DNA of 64,000 nt from an uncultured Candidatus Saccharibacteria bacterium (lineage in GTDB: Bacteria > Patescibacteriota > Minisyncoccia > Phycocordibacterales > UBA9973), in NCBI GenBank assembly GCA_964645245.1, contig CAZYBS010000001.1, forward strand, positions 91,388 through 155,387, given 5' to 3'. Positions 27,564 to 36,609 of the stretch are shown piece after piece. Position numbers and translations under genes: made by a program. Numbering within the stretch: the stretch's first letter is position 1; each line of letters opens with the position of its first letter. The notes beneath the pieces were generated by a model, which saw nothing but the letters and a program-made list of their open reading frames with translations, was not told where the DNA came from and searched no databases.

Positions 27564-28766
27564 ATGTCAGAAATAGAAGATGCATTAAGAAGAGCACAAG
27601 GAAGGAAAGAAAAACCTGCTCCCAAAACAAGGGACGAGCAAAGAGCCGAAGAGCTTAGACGAATTGTTGGAGAAGCGGCAAAAAGCAACAGAGAAGCAAT
27701 GGCAGCTTTGGAAAGAGCCGAAAGGGGCGAGGATATAGATTTCACTCCAGGAGGAAGGGGGACAAGAAGTCAAGGCGATCGGGCAAGGGAAAACGATTTA
27801 AGGAGGCAGATATCTGCTTCATATGAAGATCGGGGGCCTGGGACCGTTGCGAGATTAAAAACGCCGTCTCCCCTTGAACCCCCAGAACCCTTAACTCCTC
27901 CGGGTCGAGAACTAAGTTTAAAAGAAAGAGCGGAGGAAAATGGGTACGTTGTTTTGGATGAACAAGATATCAGAAGAGCAATTATGATAGATTGGGAGTT
28001 TGTTTTAAGAAAGGAAAAATTAAGCTTTGGTAAACCGATAGAAATAACAGCAGACTATGACGAAGATGATGGTTATTTGTTAAATATAGATATACACATC
28101 AAAAAGAAAAGAGGAATTTTGCCTGCTTCCAATTTGTACATTAGGGTACCCGTTAGTAACGTATATTCACGTTTGTTTTTCAAACAACCGTTATTCACTG
28201 GAAATAGGAGGTTAATGCTCACACATGGTAGCATATTAGGTTCAAAAATAGGTACATTGGATTCAACCCTTAATAAGTGTATGGAAGTAAAATGCGGTAA
28301 AAAAATGGAACGTATAATGATGGGGGGTAAAATGATTATCGGTGAACCCTCTTCTTATTTAGATTCAGATGTTCCAGCAGATTTATATACCCCAGTGGAA
28401 AGAAGAGATGATTTAACAGGAGCAGATGATACCCGGCATTCGATTAGAAAATTCCTATTCCTAAGGAAAATACCGGAAGCACTGGAGAAGCCGGAGGAGC
28501 AGGCCTCATGGTTGCAGCAAGAAATTGCGGAATTGCGTAGAGAAAATGAAAGAATGATGCAAAAAAAAGAACTTCCTGAAATTTCAAGTGGGTTCTGGGA
28601 CTTCGTTGAAAGCATCCCAAGACGCACTGTAAGAATCCCAAGCCGTGTCTTTAACTCCTTTAAAAGAAAAATAATGAGAAACTGGAATAATGGAAAAATT
28701 GTTAAACTAAGTAAAAAATTAGAAGGAAATAAAAGTAAAATAGAAAGAGAAAGCAGAAGGAGATGA
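27564..28766 (+). CDS. Orphan hypothetical protein
   Basis: 400-aa ORF with low-complexity N-terminus, beta-rich centre, coiled-coil C-terminus. Confidence 0.75.
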   Translation: MSEIEDALRRAQGRKEKPAPKTRDEQRAEELRRIVGEAAKSNREAMAALERAERGEDIDFTPGGRGTRSQGDRARENDLRRQISASYEDRGPGTVARLKTPSPLEPPEPLTPPGRELSLKERAEENGYVVLDEQDIRRAIMIDWEFVLRKEKLSFGKPIEITADYDEDDGYLLNIDIHIKKKRGILPASNLYIRVPVSNVYSRLFFKQPLFTGNRRLMLTHGSILGSKIGTLDSTLNKCMEVKCGKKMERIMMGGKMIIGEPSSYLDSDVPADLYTPVERRDDLTGADDTRHSIRKFLFLRKIPEALEKPEEQASWLQQEIAELRRENERMMQKKELPEISSGFWDFVESIPRRTVRIPSRVFNSFKRKIMRNWNNGKIVKLSKKLEGNKSKIERESRRR

Positions 28767-28787
28767 TTGTTATGTTATATTAGATAA

Positions 28788-31700
28788 GTGATTAAGAATG
28801 CGCAACATCTAAGAGGACTAAATAAACGGCAAAGAGAAGCGGCGAGTCATATGAAGGGTCCGCTGCTTATCGTTGCGGGAGCGGGAGCAGGAAAAACTAA
28901 AACAATAACGCATAGAATTGTAAATTTAATAAAGGAAGGAGTGCCTCCGGAGCGTATTTTGGCTGTCACTTTTACCAATAAAGCAGCCGAGGAGATGCGG
29001 GGGCGGATTAGCTCTGCAATAAAAGATAACTTCGTCGGTAATCCTTTTTCAGAGGTCCTCGGTTCTCCGGGTCCCTATCCCGGCCAGACCATCCGAAAAA
29101 GCATTACCGACTCCGTGCCTTTCGTCAGCACTTTTCACTCTTTGGGAGTTTTTATAATCAAAGAAAATGCAAAAATCTTGAAGCTGACTCGGTATTTTAG
29201 CATTTTGGACGAAGATGATTCAAAAACTCTCATCAAAGAAATTATCAAAGAGTTGGGCCACGATCCAAAAGAACATTCGCCCGGTAAAATAAGGGTGATA
29301 ATAAGCATTGAAAAAGGAAAATTTGTTACTCTGGAAAATTACAGGCAAAATATCCGGGGCTCTTTTCAGGAACTGGTAGCCAATGTATGGAAAATTTATG
29401 AAGAGAGAAAGGCAAAAGAGAATTCACTGGACTTTGATGACCTGCTTTTAAAGGCGACCAAACTATTAAAGGAAAATGAGCAGATTAGAAAAATTTATCA
29501 AGAAAGGTGGGAATATATCCATATTGACGAATATCAGGACACCAACGAAGTGCAATATTTAATGTCCAAACTTCTGTCTGAAAACAATAACAACATAGCT
29601 GTTGTAGGCGACACAGACCAATGTCTTATTAAAGGCACAAAAATAACAATGGCCGATAGCACTTTTAAACCCATTGAAAATATAAAAAGGGGCGACCTTG
29701 TGCTGTCAAATTATGGAAGCGGAGATTTTAGACCAGCTAAAGTTATTGGGAGAAAAAATCTAAAATTCAAGGGAAATTTAATCAAAATTAAAACAGAGAA
29801 AGGGAAAATTATTACCAGCACCCCCGATCATATTCACTTTGCCGGATATCGCCTTGGGCTAACTCCACAGATATATCTGAACTACTTAATGTATAAAAAA
29901 AATGCGGGTTGGCGCATAGGCACCACATCAATACATACAAAAGGGCAAAAGAAACCCGTAGTAGGATTTATACAAAGGTCCAACCAAGAACACGCCGATG
30001 CCACATGGGTCATCGCTACCCACAAAACACAAAGAGAGGCCCGCATAAAGGAATATCAGTTATCGCTGAGATATCAAATACCAACTTTGCCATTTGTACC
30101 TCGTAGGGGTTTTAGCATTAATGGTTACGTGCATGACAATACTGCCTTGAAAGAAATTTTTTCTTCTTTTAATACTGAAAATTCTGCTTTAAAACTACTC
30201 TCTGGGCTTGGTCTTTCACGAGACCATCCACATCATCAGCCTCAGGCTCGAAATGCGAACAGAAGAAATATAAATATTACTTTGTGCGCAGACAGGCGCG
30301 GCAAAAATCCAATGCATCTTATTTCAACATTTGGTAATGACGATATTGGTAGGAAAAAACTGGAGTCCTTTGGCTTTTCTGTCCGTCCAGCGAAAAAAAA
30401 CACAAAGAATTGGCGATTTGAGACAGTTCGAGCTGACTATGGAGAGGCTTACTTATTGGCTACAAAAATAGCTTCGGTCTTTTCCGAAACCAATCTTATA
30501 TTGAGTGCTCGACTTGGTGGTATGAAAACCAATTCTCGTGACGGCAACTCACTTCCACACCTGCCAGCCAGCTCTATTATGCCCGGCATGGCTCTTTTTG
30601 TTCAGGGCGGTTACGATATTGTTTCAAAAGTTTCACAGATCCCAACATCTAAAATAAAAGTGTTTGATCTTGATATAGAAAAAACCCATAATTTTATGGC
30701 AAATGATATAGTAACTCATAATTGTATTTACTCCTGGCGCGGAGCGAATTTAAAAAATATTTTGAGCTTTGAAAAAGATTATCCGAATGCGAAAATAATC
30801 CTCTTGGAGGAAAATTATAGGTCAACAAAAAATATTCTGGAAGCGGCCAACGTTATAATCAAAAAAAATAAATACCGGCCAGAAAAAAATTTATTCACAA
30901 AAAATAAAAGTGGCGAGAGAATTGGCCTCTATGAAGCGCTCAATGAAAATGACGAAGCGGACTTCGTGGCGACAAAAATTTTAGAAATAATGGACGGCTC
31001 CGTCTCTTCAAATTTTTTCTCGCTACGTACCGCCAAGCGTAATTCCTCACTCGAAAAAATTGAAGAAGACTTCGCTTTAGAAATTCAAAAAGGGGTTGGT
31101 AGTGATTTTTTGAATGGTGACGTTGCGAAGCAGGATATCCTGAGAAAAAATACTACCAACCCCTTTTTGTCAGAAATCGCAATCCTTTACCGGGCGAACT
31201 TTCAGTCGCGCGCGCTGGAGGAAGCAATGTTAAGATATAATATCCCATATCAAGTCTTGGGTGTTAAATTTTTTGAAAGAAAAGAAATTAAAGATACCCT
31301 GGCCTATCTGCGCGCCGCATTAAATAGAGACAGCCTCTCGGATATAAAAAGAATAATAAATTTCCCGGCGCGGGGCATCGGCAAGGCTACGCTGGCTAAA
31401 ATTTTTGCCACCGCCAGGGCGGGGCAAGCAAATGATATGGAAAATCTGCCGATAAAAATGAAAATTAAGATCAATAATTTCTACAAAATTCTGGAAGAAA
31501 TAAAAATAAAAATCGCGGAAGAAAAAGCGAGCGCGGTGATAAAATTCGTAGTCAAACATTCCGGCATCGAGAGAGAATTGGGGGAAGGCGGGGAAGAGGA
31601 GATGGAGAGACTGGCAAACATTAAAGAACTTGCGACCCTCGCCTTAAAATACGACAATCTGGCAAACGCAAAAGATAATATAAGCGGTATTGAAAGGCTT

Positions 31701-32138
31701 TTAGAGGATGCGGCGCTGGCATCAGACCAGGATTCGTTGATGATAAGTGAGGGCGTTGCCTCCGAGAAAAAGAAAAATAACGGGGTAAAATTGATGACCG
31801 TGCACGCCTCAAAAGGACTTGAGTTTAAATATGTTTTTGTCGTCGGACTGGAAGACGGACTATTCCCCGCCCGCAACGCCTCGCGTAGCGAGGCGGGCGG
31901 GCCCAATAAAAGAGACGAGGAGACAAAAAATAAAGAGGACTCCGAAGAAGAACGCAGGCTTTTTTATGTGGCAGTCACGCGCGCCAAAGAAAAATTATTT
32001 TTATCGTTCGCGAATTTCCGCACCATCTTCGGAGCCCTTCAAATAAACGCTCCATCGGAATTTATTTCCGATATTCCAGGAAACCTATTAGACCCCGTCG
32101 CTCACGAGCGACGGGGAGAAAAAATTATCTACATATGA
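28788..32138 (+). CDS. pcrA: PcrA/UvrD helicase containing an intein
   Basis: AGAGAGKT, TFTNKAA, IDEYQDTN, LEENYRST, MTVHASKGLEF, EERRLFYVAVTRA. Confidence 0.95.
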   Translation: MIKNAQHLRGLNKRQREAASHMKGPLLIVAGAGAGKTKTITHRIVNLIKEGVPPERILAVTFTNKAAEEMRGRISSAIKDNFVGNPFSEVLGSPGPYPGQTIRKSITDSVPFVSTFHSLGVFIIKENAKILKLTRYFSILDEDDSKTLIKEIIKELGHDPKEHSPGKIRVIISIEKGKFVTLENYRQNIRGSFQELVANVWKIYEERKAKENSLDFDDLLLKATKLLKENEQIRKIYQERWEYIHIDEYQDTNEVQYLMSKLLSENNNNIAVVGDTDQCLIKGTKITMADSTFKPIENIKRGDLVLSNYGSGDFRPAKVIGRKNLKFKGNLIKIKTEKGKIITSTPDHIHFAGYRLGLTPQIYLNYLMYKKNAGWRIGTTSIHTKGQKKPVVGFIQRSNQEHADATWVIATHKTQREARIKEYQLSLRYQIPTLPFVPRRGFSINGYVHDNTALKEIFSSFNTENSALKLLSGLGLSRDHPHHQPQARNANRRNINITLCADRRGKNPMHLISTFGNDDIGRKKLESFGFSVRPAKKNTKNWRFETVRADYGEAYLLATKIASVFSETNLILSARLGGMKTNSRDGNSLPHLPASSIMPGMALFVQGGYDIVSKVSQIPTSKIKVFDLDIEKTHNFMANDIVTHNCIYSWRGANLKNILSFEKDYPNAKIILLEENYRSTKNILEAANVIIKKNKYRPEKNLFTKNKSGERIGLYEALNENDEADFVATKILEIMDGSVSSNFFSLRTAKRNSSLEKIEEDFALEIQKGVGSDFLNGDVAKQDILRKNTTNPFLSEIAILYRANFQSRALEEAMLRYNIPYQVLGVKFFERKEIKDTLAYLRAALNRDSLSDIKRIINFPARGIGKATLAKIFATARAGQANDMENLPIKMKIKINNFYKILEEIKIKIAEEKASAVIKFVVKHSGIERELGEGGEEEMERLANIKELATLALKYDNLANAKDNISGIERLLEDAALASDQDSLMISEGVASEKKKNNGVKLMTVHASKGLEFKYVFVVGLEDGLFPARNASRSEAGGPNKRDEETKNKEDSEEERRLFYVAVTRAKEKLFLSFANFRTIFGALQINAPSEFISDIPGNLLDPVAHERRGEKIIYI
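29622..30722 (+). mobile_element. Intein (367 aa) in helicase motif III
   Basis: GDTDQ|CLIKGT...TPDH (block B)...VFDLDIEKTHNFMANDIVTHN|CIYSWRGA. Confidence 0.93.
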
Positions 32139-32179
32139 CCCATTCAAAAAATTCAGGGTCATGGTGATAGAATAGAACC

Positions 32180-33091
32180 ATGACACACAAAGCAAAAAGA
32201 TCACTTGGACAAAATTTTTTGAAATCAGAAATAGCGCTCCGGAAGATTATTGAAGCGGGAGAGGTGAAAAAAGATGACGTAATTCTTGAAATTGGTCCGG
32301 GGAAGGGAGCACTGACAGAAAAATTACTAGAGCGTATTTACCCCCACCCGGCCTCCCCCTATGTAGGGGGAGGTGCCAAAGGCGGAGGGGGTATGGTCAT
32401 AGCCGTAGAAAAAGACCGCGAGCTTTTTGAGTTTTTGAAAGTTAAATTTGAAAAGGAAATAAATATACGTTCTCTTATACTAGTACATGATAACATACTA
32501 AATTTCAATACTAGAACCTATAACCTAGAACCTAGAACCTATAAAGTGATTGCCAACATCCCCTACAACATTACCGGCGCAATTTTAAAAAAATTCCTGA
32601 CAGAAGAAAATCAGCCTGAAAGCATGGTATTGATGGTTCAAAACGAGGTGGCCAAAAGAATTACCACCCCAAACCCCTCCTCAACAAGGAGGGGAGGGAA
32701 AGAAAGCATATTGTCTATTTCGGTGAAAGCGTACGGGGAGCCGAAAATGATAATGAAGGTGGAAAAGCGATATTTTTCGCCCCAGCCGAAAGTGGACTCG
32801 GCTGTAATTACCATAAAAAACATTTCCCGAAAAATATTTGAAACCCCACCCCAACCCTCCCCAAAGGAGAGGGAAGAATCCAAATCCTCCCCCTTGGGGG
32901 GAGGTCGGGAGGGGGTAAACGAGGATAAATTTTGGAAAATAGTAAAAGCAGGCTTTGCGCACAAGCGAAAAAAACTCTCCAGCAACCTAAAAGGCATTCT
33001 TGCCTGTCAAGGGGCGCCCTTGACACTGGTTAAAGACAAAAGGGCAGAGGATTTAGCGCTTGCAGACTGGATTGCGCTTGCGAAAATGTGA
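32180..33091 (+). CDS. rsmA: 16S rRNA dimethyltransferase RsmA/KsgA
   Basis: LGQNFL, LEIGPGKG, ANIPYNIT, PQPKVDSA; several in-frame inserts. Confidence 0.95.
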   Translation: MTHKAKRSLGQNFLKSEIALRKIIEAGEVKKDDVILEIGPGKGALTEKLLERIYPHPASPYVGGGAKGGGGMVIAVEKDRELFEFLKVKFEKEINIRSLILVHDNILNFNTRTYNLEPRTYKVIANIPYNITGAILKKFLTEENQPESMVLMVQNEVAKRITTPNPSSTRRGGKESILSISVKAYGEPKMIMKVEKRYFSPQPKVDSAVITIKNISRKIFETPPQPSPKEREESKSSPLGGGREGVNEDKFWKIVKAGFAHKRKKLSSNLKGILACQGAPLTLVKDKRAEDLALADWIALAKM

Positions 33092-33103
33092 TATAATTAA
33101 GCC

Positions 33104-34063
33104 ATAATTAAATTAGATTGGTTAAAACACAAAAGAACGCTTTGGATTGCTTTTGCAGTTGTGTTCATTATTTTGCTTTTTTTCTCAAAAAACAAGTCAA
33201 TATTTAAAAATCCCCTCGACTTTGCTCGGGGCAAGCAAGAAAATAAACTAGAACAAGAAGGACTAACTTATGGCAACGAAATACTTGGTAATTTAGTAAA
33301 TAAAGACACCGATTTGGACGGAGTCCTGGATTGGGAAGAGTCCTTATGGGGAACGAATCCAAATAAAAAAGATACGAACGGTGACGGAGTTGGAGATGAT
33401 GTTGAAATAGAAAATTTAAAGCTCGCCCGACTGGACGACACCAGTCGTTCGGGCGGGAAGCTAACAGAGCAAGATAATGAAAACTTGACGGAAACAGATA
33501 AATTTTCCAGAGAATTTTTTGCAACCATTGCCACACTCAACCAGAGTGGGCAAATGGACCAAGCTACGGTAGATAAATTGAGCAGCTCGTTAGCGGAGCA
33601 TATACAAAATTCCCCTCCAAGAAAAGTGTTCTTACTTTCTGATGTGAAAATAATAAAAGACGACAGTGTCCAAGCTGTAAAAAATTACAACAACAATTTA
33701 AATAAAATTCATGATAAATATCAAACAGAGCGTACTGTTATTGATGTACTACAAGAATTCATAGCTGATGAAAATAATATTAACGCAGGTGTGTTATTGG
33801 AACTTGATCCAATAGTAGAACAAACACAAAATGTAATAAACGAACTGGTAAAAATGAGTGTGCCTCAATCCCTCTCGGTACTCCACTTAGATATGATAAA
33901 TGCCATGGAAAGATTAGTGGAAAATATCAGCGACATAAAGCTTTACGATACTGACGTCATCGTATCTTTAAGCGCCATCAGCCAGTATGACCAAAACACG
34001 ACCACACTGCAGTCAGCTATAAACAGTCTTGCGGGCGCAATAGGTAAAAAATTGAACAATTAA
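33104..34063 (+). CDS. Membrane-anchored protein with thrombospondin type-3-like Ca-binding repeats (possible ATA start; ORF track starts at 33161)
   Basis: DTDLDGVLDWEE...DTNGDGVGD; frame open back to ATA 33104. Confidence 0.7.
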   Translation: MIKLDWLKHKRTLWIAFAVVFIILLFFSKNKSIFKNPLDFARGKQENKLEQEGLTYGNEILGNLVNKDTDLDGVLDWEESLWGTNPNKKDTNGDGVGDDVEIENLKLARLDDTSRSGGKLTEQDNENLTETDKFSREFFATIATLNQSGQMDQATVDKLSSSLAEHIQNSPPRKVFLLSDVKIIKDDSVQAVKNYNNNLNKIHDKYQTERTVIDVLQEFIADENNINAGVLLELDPIVEQTQNVINELVKMSVPQSLSVLHLDMINAMERLVENISDIKLYDTDVIVSLSAISQYDQNTTTLQSAINSLAGAIGKKLNN

Positions 34064-34081
34064 AAAGAAAATTGTATAATA

Positions 34082-36601
34082 ATGGGTAAAATGACAGCAA
34101 AAAATATCACAATAAAATTTATCTCTGTCTTGCTGATTATTTCTATAATAATGCCGGCTGTTTTATTTTCCAGACCCCAAAAAGCGGACGCCCAGTTCTC
34201 TGGCTGGGTTTCAGACTTTTTTGCCCCTTTTACAGCGGGAAGTACCGGAGTAAGCGCGGGGGTCAATACGACAGAAACAGCTTTTTCAATTAAAAATTTT
34301 GCAAAAGACATCGCCCAGCAGGTACTTATGGCTATTGCCAGGAGATCCCTGCAGGAAATAACTAAAAGCACTGTAAACTGGATAAATACCGGCAGGTGGG
34401 GTAACCCGCTTTTCTTAGAAAATCCAAATTCCTTCTTTAGGGATATAGCTAAATATGAAGTCAGAACCTTTGTGGACATGATCGGTTATGACCCGCTCCG
34501 ATATCCTTTTGGTAGAAATATTGCTTTAAGTACGATAGATACTTTTAAAAGAAAATTTGAAGATAATGCGCAATACAGCTTGAGTAAGGTTATCAATGAC
34601 CCTATTTTACTGCGGGATTACCGAAATAATTTTAATGTGGGAGGATGGAACGGTTTTCTGATAAATACCCAATACCCGCAAAATAATTATATAGGATTTC
34701 AGATGCTGGCGACCGAAGAACTGGCTAGAAGAACAACAGGACTAGCTCAAAATAAAGCGGAGGAAATAAATAAAAAACTACAGCAGGGAATGGGTTTCTT
34801 GTCTCCACAAATTTGCCGTTCTAATCCTAATTATCCCCCAGCCACAAATCCATACAATCCTCCAGTATTTAAAGAAACACCATGGGCTCCGCCGCCAGTG
34901 TCCGACCTTTCTTATGCTGTTGATGCAAATGGAAACTTCATATATGACGCAAATGGAAACCCTGTACCGGACCAATCACGAAGCAGGTATGATTTATATA
35001 AATCTAATTGGGAACGAACAAACCAAATCAACAGAGAGAATTTTAACAAAAAATATGATTGCCCGGAGGGTTTGATAAATACTACTCCCGGCGGCGTAGT
35101 GGCAAACCAAATAACAACTGCGATGAGTTCAGTAGTCCGCAATAAAGAATTGGCGGCAGCTATGGGTAATAGCATTTCGGCTATTTTGGATACTCTATTA
35201 AGTAAGTTTATGGGTGACGGACTAAGTGCTTTAACAAGCAAGGTGAACCCGAAACCGCCTGCGGATGACTGGAGTTATCTGGGCAATACTTTAGGCAGCC
35301 CAAGTAATAATTTTGGTAATGATTGGAGTGTCGGTCCGGATGAAGTAATTGTGCTATCTGACTTTAAGACAGCAATAGATGATGGAATAAATAATACTGA
35401 AACAGAACTTCAATTAATGGGTGATCTAACGCAATTACTCAGTGAAATTTGGCCGGAAGCGCGAAAACTTGATATATGCATACCTGGTCCGAATATAGGC
35501 TGGCAAGACAGAACAACGGAAGAGATGACTAGAAATAGCAAAGGACTTCAAGGAGAAGCAAATAAAGATAGCGGGGAAAAATCAGTTCAAGCCGGCTTGG
35601 TTCTCAAAGAATTAAAATTCGCCGTAAATTTATTTAAGGATTGGATAAATAATAAAATGATAACCGAGCTTCCAAATTCAGTCATTTATATGGACGCAGT
35701 GGATGAAATCCACGATTTGGCCCAACAATCAGACGAGTTGACCGACAAAAAACGAGCTAAAACTCAAGCGCTGGCAAGGTTAAAAGCTATAGAGACAGCT
35801 CTGAATAATACGGAAAGGTTTTCAACTCAACCAGCTCCAGGTTCTACTGGAGAAATAATTTTGATATCGTTAAAAAAACAATATAATGCCACCAGGAATG
35901 CGGTCTCAAACAGTTTTACCATAGGAGACACACAAAACGAGCTAGCTATCGCGAAAGGTAAAAAGGCCAATCTGGAAAAGCTGGTAACAGAATGCGTGGC
36001 AGAGAGAAAAGCCAAGGGCTGGACAAACCCAGGCTGGACAAGCCAAGACAGACAAATAAACCAAGTTCTGTTTCAGAACAGCACATATCTTGACAAAGGC
36101 ACAGAACAAAATATATTCTGCGATTTCCCAATTCAGGAAGGATATGACCATGAATCTTTTAGACACGCCAATGATAACGAAAATCAAAGAAAAACTCTCA
36201 AAGAAAGAGAAGCAGGCATGGGTCCACGAACTATTTATCAAACAGTACCATATGTAAATGCAAAAGATGTATTGAAGTGGAAAGGAAAGCTTGGATTATT
36301 TAGCCACTCTGCCAACATGCAGCTAAGTTGCAACATTATATACAAAGCCAATGTTCTGGACTATAAAGGCAACTTGCCTGGAACAACTAATATAGTAGAT
36401 CCTTATCAGGAACTGCCGGATGATACGGGCGGGGGAGATGGGGATGGCGGGGGTGGAGGCGGCGGAGATGGAGGTAAAACGCCAAATCCGCACCATGCAA
36501 ATCCTCCGGGAGTTTGCGCGAGTGATGAAGAGGTTGCCGCATTCCTAGAAAACAATCCCGGAGATGAGGAGAGATTACCCACATCTTTCCCATGCAATTA
36601 A
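34082..36601 (+). CDS. Large exported protein of the T4SS-like cluster
   Basis: Signal peptide, KSTVNWINTG...PLFLENP segment, coiled coils. Confidence 0.75.
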   Translation: MGKMTAKNITIKFISVLLIISIIMPAVLFSRPQKADAQFSGWVSDFFAPFTAGSTGVSAGVNTTETAFSIKNFAKDIAQQVLMAIARRSLQEITKSTVNWINTGRWGNPLFLENPNSFFRDIAKYEVRTFVDMIGYDPLRYPFGRNIALSTIDTFKRKFEDNAQYSLSKVINDPILLRDYRNNFNVGGWNGFLINTQYPQNNYIGFQMLATEELARRTTGLAQNKAEEINKKLQQGMGFLSPQICRSNPNYPPATNPYNPPVFKETPWAPPPVSDLSYAVDANGNFIYDANGNPVPDQSRSRYDLYKSNWERTNQINRENFNKKYDCPEGLINTTPGGVVANQITTAMSSVVRNKELAAAMGNSISAILDTLLSKFMGDGLSALTSKVNPKPPADDWSYLGNTLGSPSNNFGNDWSVGPDEVIVLSDFKTAIDDGINNTETELQLMGDLTQLLSEIWPEARKLDICIPGPNIGWQDRTTEEMTRNSKGLQGEANKDSGEKSVQAGLVLKELKFAVNLFKDWINNKMITELPNSVIYMDAVDEIHDLAQQSDELTDKKRAKTQALARLKAIETALNNTERFSTQPAPGSTGEIILISLKKQYNATRNAVSNSFTIGDTQNELAIAKGKKANLEKLVTECVAERKAKGWTNPGWTSQDRQINQVLFQNSTYLDKGTEQNIFCDFPIQEGYDHESFRHANDNENQRKTLKEREAGMGPRTIYQTVPYVNAKDVLKWKGKLGLFSHSANMQLSCNIIYKANVLDYKGNLPGTTNIVDPYQELPDDTGGGDGDGGGGGGGDGGKTPNPHHANPPGVCASDEEVAAFLENNPGDEERLPTSFPCN

Positions 36602-36609
36602 ATATAGAA

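Noticed and set aside
36425-36475. G-rich run as a G-quadruplex or repeat element
   Set aside because: Explained by a Gly/Asp linker in the protein
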